A stretch of 64,000 bases of DNA from Octopus sinensis. Its lineage: Eukaryota. Each line of letters opens with the position of its first letter. Within the stretch, counting starts at the first letter, position 1. The translations under genes and the position numbers were made by a program. Below the pieces are notes generated by a model that was given only the letters and a program-made list of their open reading frames with translations, did no database searches and had not been told where the DNA came from. The DNA lies in contig NC_043005.1 in assembly GCF_006345805.1 (NCBI RefSeq), positions 6,324,001 to 6,388,000 of the forward strand, in the 5' to 3' direction. This document shows, piece after piece, positions 1 to 12,740 of this stretch.

Positions 1-166
1 CCCCAACAACTAAAACAAATAAAAGAATAATAAAACATAATACCCCCCCTCCCCAACACGATTAAATGACCTTCAGTGTGGTCTCATTTGATTACGGATT
101 AGCCACAACTCAATACATCTATATCTATTTATCTATCTATCTATCTATCTCTGTATGTCTGTCTAT

Positions 167-731
167 ATACTTTGATACTTTGATAGGTTTCGGCCATTAT
201 TGGCCCAGGCCATGTCTAACTTAATAGCCACCACCTGGTGAAGTCTTTCAAGTCAAATTTGGGCCTATGGCCCACTCAAGTAGAGAGTATTGTTACAGAG
301 AACATTCCAGGTGTAGGGGGTTATCCTGGATGTCTTGAAGGACTCTGTCCAAAGACTCTTGAACCCTATAGGGTCAGTTTCGTTTTAATGTTTTTGGTGT
401 AATGTTAAAGAGAGCGGGGCCACTTGAGGTGAAAATAATTGTGCCGTTTTTGTTGTTATAAGATGAGAGTGCGATTTTTGTTTTGGGCGGATGGCACGGG
501 GCCCACCTGGATGTACCTTAAGGTGATGCCAACATCATTTGGGCAATGCTGATGGAATATTTTCCCCATCATGCGATGATGCAGCGCTCACGACGACGTT
601 GGAGAATAGAGTTTTAGCTTTTCTGCCGACCCCAATAGTCGAGGCCTGTCATGCCATCTATCTTTTTTGTGATTGCCCTTTGAGGTGCTTCACTTTTATA
701 ATACCTTGTATGTGTGGGGAGACCACAGTGG

Positions 732-738
<7 letters not shown>
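167..738 (-). mobile_element. CR1-group LINE (family A), 3' fragment, copy 1
   Basis: Colinear with 3973-4561 apart from many 1-bp indels. Minus-strand 3' tail is (TCAAAGTA)n. The 5' end is truncated at a (TA)n array. Confidence 0.85.
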
Positions 739-2070
<1,332 letters not shown>

Positions 2071-3683
2071 AAAAGCATGTAAGAGAGTCCTAGCAAGACC
2101 ACTGCAGTTCCTCTTTCAGAGCTTCCTTGCAGCTGGCAAAGTTCCAGGAAAACTGAAGGAAGGTAAATATGCCCCATTCATAAAGGAGGTAGCAGAGCGG
2201 AAGCCAAGACTATAGACCTATCTCCTGACCTCACACATCAGCAAGGTCATGGAACGAATAGTCAGAAGGAAGCTGATCACCTTGCTTGAAGAGAATGACT
2301 TGCTGCCCGACACCCAACATGGTTTCCGACCAGGGAGAAGCTGTTTAACTCAGCTCCTACACACTATGACTGTGTGCTGAAACGGCTGCTCAACCACTCA
2401 AATGTGGAAGTGATATATCTCGACTTTGCAAAGGCCTTTGATAAAGTCGATCATGGAATGATATGTCACAAACTGCGTGATCTCAACATAGTTGGAAAAC
2501 TGGGAGAATGGCTTCATGACTTTCTGAAGGATAGAAGTCAGGTGGTAGTAGCCAATGGGGCCACCTCCATTAACACACAAATAGTGAGCGGTGTTCCGCA
2601 GGGCACTGTTCTGGGACACTACTGTTCATAATGGCCCTCTCAGACATGCCCTCAGCCACGCAGAGAGCCACGATCACAAGTTATGCAGATGATACAAAAG
2701 TTTCACAGGCAATACAGAACCCTAGGACACTAAACACCTGCAATGTGAGCTGGACAAAATATACAAGTGGGCTGAAAGAATAGCATGCAGTTCAATGCTG
2801 GAAAGTTTCAAGCTTTATACTATCAGCATGCAAAACTGAATGCAATACCCAATGAATACACTGGACCCGAGGGATTGCAATCCCAGAGGCACAATCAGTG
2901 CGTGACCTGGGTATTCATGAGTGATGACGCGACCTTTCATGTACATGTTGCTAAACTGACAATGAAATGTAGACGGCTGGCTGGATGGATCCTTAGAACC
3001 TTAGAACAAGAGAACAAGAAACCATGATGGTCCTCTGGAAGACACTTGTCCTAAGCCACTTTGACTATTGCTCTCAGCTATGGTCACCATCCAGTGTCAA
3101 GTTGATCACAGAACTTGAGGCGATCCAACGAAGCTACACAAAGAAGATAGCCTCTATGCAGAATGTAAGCTACTGGGAAAGACTCAAGAGATTAAAATTA
3201 TATTCCCTGGAGCGTAGGCGGAAAGATATGCCATAATATACATCTGGAAGATCCTGGAGGGAAGTGTCCTGAACTTTGGCATCGAGAGTTACGCAATGCC
3301 AGAACTGGGCGCCCTGCGTGGTGCCTAGGACTACAAACCTGCCATCAAGATGTAGGACAAGATTCTGTGATAGCCTGGGCTTCCGAGGCCCACAGCTCTT
3401 CAATATCCTCCCGAAGAACCTGAGAGACCTGCATGGGGTGGATACAGATGTCTTTAAAATGAAGCTGGATCTCTTCCTGTCAGGTGTCCCAGATGAACCA
3501 ACTTCACGGCAGGAGGGGCAGATGAGGGCAGCTGCATCGAACTCTCTCATGCACCAAATAGCAGTTGCTAGAAAGCCTCCATGAAGTGAAACTAAGTAGC
3601 AACACCAAATGGCGGTGCCCCAGCATGGCCACAGCTCATAAGCTGAAACTAGAATCAGTCAGTCATCAGTCAGTCAGTCAGTC
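2071..3683 (+). mobile_element. CR1-group LINE (family B), 5'-truncated, frameshifted RT plus 3' UTR and (CAGT)n tail
   Basis: RT motifs IYLDFAKAFDKV, SGVPQGTVLG and SYADDTK (2679-2699). CR1-type C-terminus DYCSQLWSP, YWERLKRLKLYSLERRR, GPQLFNILP. Tandem CAGT tail at 3656-3683. Confidence 0.92.
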
Positions 3684-3729
3684 ATATATATATATATATA
3701 TGTTATATATATATATATGTATATATGTA

Positions 3730-3812
<83 letters not shown>

Positions 3813-3852
3813 TATATATGTATATATGTAATATATATATAATGTATATATG

Positions 3853-3884
<32 letters not shown>

Positions 3885-3972
3885 TGTTATATATAATGTA
3901 TATATATATGTATATATATATATATGTATGTATATATATATATATATATGTATATATATTATTATGTATATA
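3684..3972. repeat. (TA)n microsatellite between two tail-to-tail LINEs
   Basis: Directly visible. Confidence 0.95.
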
Positions 3973-4998
3973 TACTTTGATACTTTGATACTTTGATAGG
4001 TTTCGGCCATTATTGGCCCAGGCCATGTCTAACTTAATAGCACCACCACCTGGTGAAGTCTTTCAAGTCAGAATTGGGCACTATGGCCACTCAAGTAGAG
4101 AGTTATTGTTTACAGAGACATATCCGGTGTAGGGGGTTTATCCGGGATTTCTTGAAGGAATCTGTCCAAAGACTTCTTGAACCCTATAGGGTCAGTTTCT
4201 GTTTTAATGCGTTTTGGTGTAATGTTAAAGAGAGCGGGGCCAATTGAGGTGAAATAATTGTGCCGTATTGTTGTTATGAGATGAGAGTGCGATTTTGTTT
4301 TGGGCGGATGGCACGGGGCCCAAGCCTTGATGTACCTTAAAGGTGATGCCAACATCATTTGGGCAATGCTGATGGAATATTTTCCACATCAATGCAGATG
4401 ATGTAGCGCTCACGACGACGTTGGAGAGAATAGAGTTTTAGCTTTTCTAGTCGACCCCAATAGTCGAGGCCTGTCATGCCATCTATCTTTTTTGTGATTG
4501 CCCTTTGAGGTGCTTCGACTTTTATGATACCTTGTATTGTGTGGGGACCACAGTGGACAACAGTATTCAAGGTGGGGTCGGGCAAAAGTGGTGAAGAGAA
4601 GGATAATGTGTGGGATATCTCTCGACTGGAAAGTTCTGAGAATCCAGGACACACATTCTGCGGGCCATGTCAACTTTGGTGTTTATATGAGTGGCCCAGC
4701 TTACGTTGTTGTCCACAATTACTCCCAAGTCTCTGATGTTGTTGGACGCCGTGAGAGTTTCACCTGAAGGAAGGGAGTATGGGAGTTTCAGGGCATCCTC
4801 TTTTCCAAAGTGGATTAGCTCAAATTTATCCTCGTTCAGCAGCATATTGTTTTTTTTCTGGCCCATTGGATAACAGCCAGTAGATCTGACTGAAGGCATG
4901 TCCGGTCACTCGCCTCATTTATGACCTTCTGTAGCTTGGAGTCATCTGCAAAGATTTTTATGTTGCTGTGCTTGATGATGTCATTAATGTCATAATGT
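3973..4998 (-). mobile_element. CR1-group LINE (family A), 5'-truncated RT C-terminus, copy 2
   Basis: Minus strand gives IFADDSKL (about 4932-4955), RDLGVIVD, RPHLEYCCPLWSP, YSLQRRRERY and GPALFNITP, plus a (TCAAAGTA)n tail. Confidence 0.92.
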
Positions 4999-4999
4999 A

Positions 5000-5000
5000 A

Positions 5001-5034
<34 letters not shown>

Positions 5035-5455
5035 GTATAATATATATATGTATATATATATATATTATATTATATTGTATATGTATATTATATATATGTA
5101 TATATATATGTATATATATATATGTATATATATATATGTATATATATATATATGTATATATATATATGTATATATATATATGTATTGTATATATATATAA
5201 TGTATATATTATATGTATATATATATATGTATATATATATAATGTATATATATATATGTATATATATATGTATTATATATATATATATATATATATATGT
5301 ATAATATATATATAATGTATATATATATATTATATATATATATGTATATTATATATATAATATGTATATATATATATTATATATAATATATATGTATGTA
5401 TTATATATATATATATATTATATATATAATATATAGATATATATATATATATTAT
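5000..5455. repeat. (TA)n microsatellite
   Basis: Directly visible. Confidence 0.95.
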
Positions 5456-6007
5456 AAATGGAAGATGTGTGTGTGTGAGTGTGTGTGTGTGTGTTTACAG
5501 GCCTTTTTCTTCATTCGACTTAAGATCAATATTTTTCATCCCATTTCGTTCACGCTGGGAACATACATTTCTTATGTTCCAGAGATGCTCATATAGACTC
5601 CTCAAATTTTCCACAGAATGAGTAATGCCGCTCCTAGTTCAAATATAAAACATAAAAATAAAAGAGACAAGAGGTCCCCGCCTTGCTATTATGGGGCTCA
5701 TTGGATGTTTCAGTCCTAAATTTAGTCGCTCTACGGTAAGAAAAACTAATAAATGACTCGCCCCTTCACCATTTTCGTTTTTTAATGTTAAAACAAATGG
5801 TTTAGAGGTCTCTACATTAAACAATGTGACGCTGACACACAACCCCCAGCTGAAAACCCTTACTGTAGCATTAATTTAGACGAGATATAACAGGAAGTTT
5901 GGAGTTTATGTTTATAGATATATATATATATAAGTATGTATGTCTATCTGTTTTTCTTCTTTCTTCTAATCCCCTCTCAGGCTATATATATATATATATA
6001 TATTGTA

Positions 6008-6057
<50 letters not shown>

Positions 6058-6502
6058 TTATTTCACGTTGTCACACGCACAGATAAACAAACATACGCTC
6101 TTAGACTTTGTATACAAACAGAAGTTGCACACACATTCCACAACCGTAAATTACACAAACACACGAACGTAGAAATACTCCTTCACACACGGTCACTTAC
6201 CCTGATTGTTAACAAACTCAAGCTGTTACGAGTATTCTCGAAAACACACACACACACGCGCGCGCTTGTATCTATATATAAACGCTATATGTGCAAATAT
6301 ATGCATATAGAACAATATTATATATATACAAACACACATATATACATATAGAGAGCGAGAGAGACACACGTATATGTGTATATATGTATCCATATATTTT
6401 TATGTATGTGTATATACATATAATTATATTATGTGTGTGTACATATATGTATATATATGTGTGCGTATATATATATATGTGTGTGTGTGTATTTGTACGT
6501 AT

Positions 6503-6522
<20 letters not shown>

Positions 6523-6543
<21 letters not shown>

Positions 6544-6895
6544 AACGGCAAAATGTGTGTCCGTGTCCTTTATACAAATCCACAATTTTTCAGTTAGAGG
6601 GCTCGCACTTTCTATGATCATTGAAAACCGTCCAAGGGGGGGGGGTCGTGCACATCTTTACATTTCCCCAGTCACCCCGCAAAGCCATTAAAAAATCAAT
6701 AGAAGTGACTTTTTTGTGAATTTTCTATCCAAAACCAAATCAAAATGCCCGAAACTTGATATGCCAATTGAATGCCAGCTAGCTGCATGTGATTGGTCGG
6801 AGATTTGGACAGTACTCGCGTGTATGTGTGCAAGCACGCAGCTGTATATGCATGTACTAGCACTATGACCCGCCGTTGCCGGATCATACTGCTAG
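6523..6895 (+). mobile_element. Non-autonomous Helitron-like element
   Basis: Subterminal hairpin TATGACCCG...CGGATCATA (6864-6888), then CTAG (6892-6895) and a flanking T. The 5' end is lost in (TA)n. Confidence 0.7.
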
Positions 6896-7009
6896 TTAGA
6901 AAATAAAACGAATGGTTTATATCTGGTAGCCTACGGGTAAAGCGCGGTCCCTTTCACGGTGTTTGTTATGTATCTGGTTAACGAGAGACGGAAGATACGT
7001 TCTTATTAA

Positions 7010-7056
7010 TCATTACAATTGTTCCGACTCATGTAGCATCGGTACTTCACCGGATA
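7010..7056 (-). ncRNA. Degenerate minimal hammerhead-like motif
   Basis: Minus strand reads CCGGTGA...GGAA-CAATTG-TA with a palindromic stem III. The core has substitutions. Confidence 0.35.
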
Positions 7057-7184
7057 TATGTGTGCGTGTGTGTGTTGCGTTTGGGGGGAGCCATACTGTC
7101 TTAATACTTTATTATCTAACACACTCACCACCAGTTCGATTTCCACTCATTTCTTATTTAAACATATGTTAATGTTATGGCGCG

Positions 7185-7252
7185 GTTACTGATGAGAATT
7201 TCGCCTAGCAAATTATTTTATTTGCTAAAAACATTTGAAATATATATATAAC
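7185..7252 (+). ncRNA. Minimal type-I hammerhead ribozyme motif (Penelope-like)
   Basis: GTTA / CTGATGA / stem II including TAGCAAAT:ATTTGCTA / GAAA / palindromic TATATA / TA / TAAC. All core nucleotides are canonical. Confidence 0.6.
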
Positions 7253-7255
7253 AAT

Positions 7256-7490
7256 TTAATAAATAAAACATATGCATACATACATATATATATGTACATA
7301 CGTACATCTATATGTATATATATACATGCATATATGAGTACAGGACACCACAAATAAACGTAGAACACAACGAGAAACGAAAACATATAACCAAACAAGG
7401 AAACGGACTTTTTTTAACAACGAAAAAACAGAGTACAAGATGGAATAACACAAGGAACATTCCCCTTCTTCAGCTGCCCCTGTTTCGACT
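7256..7490 (-). mobile_element. Unclassified interspersed repeat, inverted relative of 10059-10310 (possibly Penelope-derived)
   Basis: Reverse complement shares CTGAAGAAGGGG...TTGTGTT...GTTTCTC(G/A)TTGTGTTC...GGTGTCCTGTACTCATATATG with 10095-10240. Confidence 0.65.
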
Positions 7491-7530
7491 CATATATATA
7501 TATACATATATATGTGTGTGTGTGTATATC

Positions 7531-7657
7531 GGCAAAAGACACCGATAGAATAAGTACTAGGCTTACAAAGAATAAGTCCTGTGGTCAATTTGCCCGACTA
7601 ACAGCGGTGCTCCAGCATCGCCACAATCAAATGACTGAAACAAGTAAAAGAATAAAG
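7531..7657 (+). mobile_element. SINE family 1 (OK-like), 3' fragment
   Basis: ACCGATAGAATAAGTACTAGGCTTACAAAGAATAAGTCC...GACTGAAACAAGTAAAAG matches the full copies. Confidence 0.85.
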
Positions 7658-8250
7658 GAACACACACACACACACACACACCTGTGTGTATTCGAAGATG
7701 ATTCACTTTAAGAACGTTAACAACGGCGCAGTTGATGGAATGATATTCCAGTGTCTCACACGCAATGGCGGAAGGGCGTAAAAATAAAGCAAAATACATG
7801 ATGCTTCATGGAGGAAAAGTTTACTCATCCACTCGAAGGAGAAGTGGAGGTTGGTCGACTCCTAAAGTTCTCTCTTCCTTTAGAACAATCACTTATTGTG
7901 TGAAACAATATATTAATAACAACTGTAGCTGCAGCGTTCATATCAACAATAATGTTGAAATGACATGAACGAACGAGCTCTTGAAATCTCAGAACTTTCC
8001 GGGGCAGGACTCGAGATATCCTCCTAGTGTTTATTTTTCTGCCTCTCCTTAACAGAACTAATACATTGCCCCCTTTGTGTCTTTGCATACTAAACAACAT
8101 ATTGCGAGAAAGGAAGAATCTCGGATGTCAATTACAAATGAAGGGTCTCGGATGTCAATTACAAAGACAATAGATGAATAAATAAATAAATAATAAATAA
8201 ATAAATAAATAAAAAAAATTAGCATTAAATTTAGATTTATGGCGACGAAT

Positions 8251-9140
8251 CATATGGCGACACTGATTGGTTTGATTTATGGCGGCAAGCCATATGGCGA
8301 CACTGATTGGTTTGAGATTGGAAAAGGCACTCGGCAAGGTTGCATCCTGTCACCAGCAGCCTTCAACATGTACGCTGAAAAGGTCATGAGGAATGCAGGT
8401 CTGGAGAATAGCAGCATTGGAGTGAGGATTGTAGGAAGAAATATTAATAACCTTCGCTATGCAAATGATACAACTCTGCTGGCAGAAAATAATAAGCATC
8501 CAGAGAATCCTATCCTGCTAGTCAAGAGAGTGAGAAATTTGGGCTGTACCTCAATGTCGAGAAAACGAAGATCATGTCAACAGCAGCCACAACAAACATT
8601 AGCATCAAGATCGATAATGAAGAGATCGAAGTGGTTGATGATTTCATCTTCTTTGGCTCCAAAATAAATCGAGATGGTAACTGCACTCCAGAAATAAGGC
8701 GGCAGGTAGTACTAGGCAGAGAGGCAATGGTCAGCATGAGCAGGGTCTGGAAGAGTAGAAGCATCAGCCTAGCTACCAAATGCAGATTGGTGAATGCAAT
8801 CGTCTTCCCAGTAGCAACATATGGATGCAAGACCTGGACACTAAAGAAAGCTGATCAGAAGAAAATTAATGCGTTCGCGTTTTGCTGTTTGAGAAGACTT
8901 TTATGGATTCCATGGACAGCGAGGCTCACCAATGGAGAAGTTCTTAACCAGATCAAGCCGAAACTGTCGCTAGAAGCTAGGATCACCAAGCATAGATTGA
9001 CATGTTTTGGTCATATTATGCGGAGAAAATCCCTGGAGAAGGACATCATGCTCGGAATGGTCAGTGGCAAGAGAGGAAGAGGCCGACCAAGAACCCGCTG
9101 GCTTGACACCATTATGAGTGACACGGAAATGGCCATAGAA
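8251..9140 (+). mobile_element. RTE-clade LINE RT fragment (decayed)
   Basis: GTRQGCILSP, NINNLRYANDTTLLAE (YADD changed to YAND), FPVATYGCKTWT, LWIPWTAR, FGHIMRR, GKRGRGRPRTRWLD. Frameshift near 8525. Confidence 0.93.
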
Positions 9141-9211
9141 CTGGCTGGAGAGCATATTAATCCATCGAGGAACCGAGAGTTGACTCCGACTGAGCGGATA
9201 GATAGATAGAT

Positions 9212-9410
9212 AGGCGGCAAGCTGGCAGAATCGTTACCTGCTTAACAGCGTTTCGTCAAATTTTACGTTCTGAGTTCAAATGCCGCCGGGGTCAATAAAA
9301 TAAGTAGTAGTTGAGCTCTGGGGTCGATGTAATCGATTTATCCCCCAACACACACACACACCACTACCACTTCCGAGATTGCTGGCCTTGAGCCAAAATT
9401 TGAATCCAAT
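9212..9410 (+). mobile_element. SINE family 2 (Deu/Nin-domain-like), degraded
   Basis: GGCGGCAAGCTGGCAGAATCGTTA head, GAGTTCAAAT B-box, GGGGTCGATGTAATCGA body. Confidence 0.8.
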
Positions 9411-9785
9411 ATTAAATTTAGATTTGGCGCAAGCATTAATTTGGTATTGAGACGTTCCTTCGTAGCTCCCTTGCTTCAGGTTCGACCACTATTACACAAC
9501 AACCTGAGCAAGTGTCATCTGCTATATTCCCGGACTATTGAATGCTTTGAATGTGAATTCGGTGAACAGAAACTTTGTGTGTGTGTGTGATTTATTGATG
9601 AAGGAAAACTTCAACTGTTACCCAGAGTGCCACGTCATTAGGCAGAATTGAACTTTTGGAATAATACTATGGTTTATAAAATGTTTCTAAACATTTATAT
9701 ACCCTACACACACACTCTGTCTCTTTCTCTCTCTTGCACACACATACATATATATATTAGAAGGTTTGGAGGTGATGTACAGGTA

Positions 9786-10024
9786 TTATATATGAGAAAA
9801 AATAAGGTACTCAGAAATCTGGATGGTTGTACATTTACAGATTTTTATTAATATGTCACATGTTTTTATAAATCATATATTAGCGCTTGCATCTACTCTA
9901 GTAGATGAAGAATCTACTAGAGTAGATGCAAGCTCTAATATATGATTTATAAAAACATGTAACATATTAATAAAAATCTGTAAATGTACAACCATCCAGA
10001 TTTCTGAGTACCTTATTTTTTCTA

Positions 10025-10031
<7 letters not shown>
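9786..10031. repeat. Near-perfect long inverted repeat (about 120-bp arms, 5-bp spacer GAAGA)
   Basis: GAAAAAATAAGGTACTCAGAAATCTGGATGGTTGTAC...TCTAGTAGAT is mirrored by ATCTACTAGA...GTACAACCATCCAGATTTCTGAGTACCTTATTTTTTC, with about 3 mismatches. Confidence 0.97.
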
Positions 10032-10056
<25 letters not shown>

Positions 10057-10058
10057 AT

Positions 10059-10310
10059 CCTTCGAAACGTAGAGTAGATGAAAGCTTTAGCGACTGAAGA
10101 AGGGGTTTTTTCTTTGTGTTAATTGTCCTGTATTCTATTTTTTGTTGTTTTTAAATATATGTCCAGTTCCTTTGGTTTGTGTCTGTTTTTGTTTCTCATT
10201 GTGTTCGACGTCCTTTTGGTGTCCTGTACTCATATATGCGTGTATATGTACATGTAGAGGTAGGTACGTACATATATGTTTATATATATGCATATGTTTT
10301 ATTTTATTTA
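10059..10310 (+). mobile_element. Unclassified interspersed repeat (same family as 7256-7490)
   Basis: Sequence similarity to the reverse complement of 7256-7490; contains CGAAACGTA and CTGAAGA words. Confidence 0.65.
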
Positions 10311-10387
10311 TTAATATATTATATATATATGTATATATGGTAGATGGAAGATGGAATATACGAGAATTTTTATCATTAATCACAACA

Positions 10388-10588
10388 AGGTGGCGAGCTG
10401 GCAGAATCGCTAGCATACTGGACGAAATGCTTAGCAGTATTTCGTCCGTTACTACGTTCTGACTTCAAATTCTGCCGGGGTCGATTTTGCCTTTCGGGGT
10501 TAATTAAATAAGTACCAGTTACGCACTGGGGTCGATGTAATCGCCTTAATCCTTTCCCTCAAATTTGGTGCCTTGTAGAAAGGATTAT
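10388..10588 (+). mobile_element. SINE family 2
   Basis: GGCGAGCTGGCAGAATCG...TTCAAATTC...GCCTTTCGGGG...AAGTACCAGTTACGCACTGGGGTCGATGTAATCG. Confidence 0.88.
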
Positions 10589-10984
10589 TAATCAGGACAA
10601 TTGTTTCAACACATCCAGCATCAATCCCTCACGGATCGGACACTTAACAACTGATTCAGGAGCATCCCGTGGTGCAGCTTTCTCATCGGGTGACAAACAG
10701 ATACAACTCGTTAAAGTAACTGTTCAGCAATGTATCTTCTCATTTAGTAGAGAGAAACGCGGCAAAACGAAATATCGCCAGCCACACAGAAAATCAAAAA
10801 CAAAACCACAGATGCAAAAAAGAAACTAACACACAACAAGCGAGAAAGGCGCCAAAAATAACCTTTAATAGAACCCTCTTCTCACACCGTCTCCGATGAA
10901 GGGATATAATAAATACTTCCCCCATTTCACTCTCTATTTTATATCTTATCTAAATTAATTATTTCTTAACCAACCTCTCACACC

Positions 10985-11032
10985 GTCTCCGATGAAGGGA
11001 TATAATAAATATCCTGGAAACAGCTGTAAGAC
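10985..11032 (+). ncRNA. Minimal type-I hammerhead ribozyme motif, U4C core variant
   Basis: GTCT / CCGATGA / A / GGGATAT-AATAA-ATATCCT / G / GAAA / CAGCTG / TA / AGAC. A 36-bp partial duplicate lies at 10880-10915. Confidence 0.7.
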
Positions 11033-11106
11033 CTTCTATCTATAAATGTTCTAATATCTATACAGTCTTGGTTTTTTTTTTTTTTTGATTACGAAAATTT
11101 ATATTA

Positions 11107-11137
<31 letters not shown>

Positions 11138-11612
11138 ATATATATATAACCATACAATCCCTTGGACATGATTCCCTTTACTATGAAACCTAGCATGATA
11201 GTTATGGTTAAATGGCCAGATAAGCCACCAAAACTTTTCTTTCTCATTGCTCGAGATTGGAGTTGTACATTGATGATATGGCGATAGTCGTACGCTGGTC
11301 GCCTAATTTAGGCAAATGACACGGCTATCTCTTTCACACATTAACAGACTTACACACACACACACATACACACACACACACATACACACACACACACATA
11401 CACACACACACACATACACACACACACACGCATCACGTTTGCTTCTGACATTTGCAGCTGAACGAAGAGGTTATGGTCCCTGGGGCCAGAGGTCAGGGAA
11501 CAGATGTGGTGTTACTTTGGTACAACCACCAGACTCCTCTCCCCACCCCTCTCCTCACCGGATGTTCCTAATTTGTTTCTTGGTAACGTTAAATAATCAT
11601 TTCTTTTTCTAA

Positions 11613-11815
11613 TTTTGGCACAAGGCGAGCAATTTTGAGCGAAGGGGAAGGAGCACGTCGATTACATCGACCCCTGAACTTGACTGGTACTTTATTGTAA
11701 CGAACCTGAAAAGGTGAACGGCTAAGTTGATCTCGGCGGGATTTGAACTCGAACATAAAGAGGCGGAAGACATACTACAAGGTATTTTTCCAACGTTCTT
11801 TCTACCAGCTCGTCA
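11613..11815 (-). mobile_element. SINE family 2
   Basis: GTCGATTACATCGACCCC...ACTGGTACTTTATT...CTCGGCGGGATTTGAACTC. Confidence 0.8.
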
Positions 11816-11943
11816 CCCTTTGAGATTGCTAATTTAAACACAAAGCCAGCACTTTTGAGGGGAGGAGCAGTCATTATCATTAACTCCCGTTCTTAATTTT
11901 ATCGAATCCAGAAGAATGACCTCGGTGCAGGGCTGGATTAACC

Positions 11944-12173
11944 CATGTACACCCCTGGTTGCGTTTTTGCAACGCAAAACCTGCTCGTACTTGTTTGGAC
12001 ACGAACTCGCCGGGAAGCATCTGACTGAACATACGAAATGTTCGGTAGGGAGTCGACACCCGCGACTAACAGTTGCATGCTGTCCTTCCCCTCCAGATTG
12101 TGAAGGCTTACCATAACGTTTAACCTAAATACAGTGAAATCTTAAGACTTCATTATTTTCATGGGCATATATG
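11944..12173. mobile_element. Small nested TIR element with 8-bp TSD
   Basis: Ends CATGTACACCC / GGGCATATATG differ by transitions only. Flanks are GATTAACC / GCTTAAGC. Confidence 0.45.
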
Positions 12174-12679
12174 GCTTAAGCAAAATAAGCAAGTGCTTAG
12201 GGCCTCAGGGGAAGGGAAGCACCACAGGAATGGGAAATGGTTTATGGCACAAAAGAAATCACTTTCAACCTGCAAAAATAATATTCGAAGTGGTTATATG
12301 ATCGGAAATACAATTTCGAAGTGTTTGTAGTGTCTTATTGAAGATCTGCTCAAAGACTTTGTAAGTTTTATAGTCAAGTATAGTAATGGACATCACATTT
12401 TGTATACGAGTGTGTATGTATCTGTGAGTCATTCGACTGTCAACCAAACGATGGGTCGTGTTAGATGCAGCTACGACCGCCACAAAAGAGAGTATATCCA
12501 CTGATAGCTTTTTGGTGCGTTCAAAGATCCCTAACACCTCCCAACCCCAATTTTCCATGACAGGTTAGGACCTGGATTCCTCTAGATGGACGTATGACAT
12601 ATCGCTTAGTCGAATTAGCCCATCATTTACTCCACAATTGTTTTGTCGTCAATGCTTCATTTTCCCGTATCACCTGTTT

Positions 12680-12740
12680 TATATATATATATACAAACTA
12701 TGCCATGTTAATCTCGAGCAACGCCGGGTATCTCTGCTAG
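12680..12740 (+). mobile_element. Helitron-like 3' end
   Basis: CTCGAGCAACGCCGGG hairpin remnant followed by TATCTCTGCTAG and a flanking T. Confidence 0.55.
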
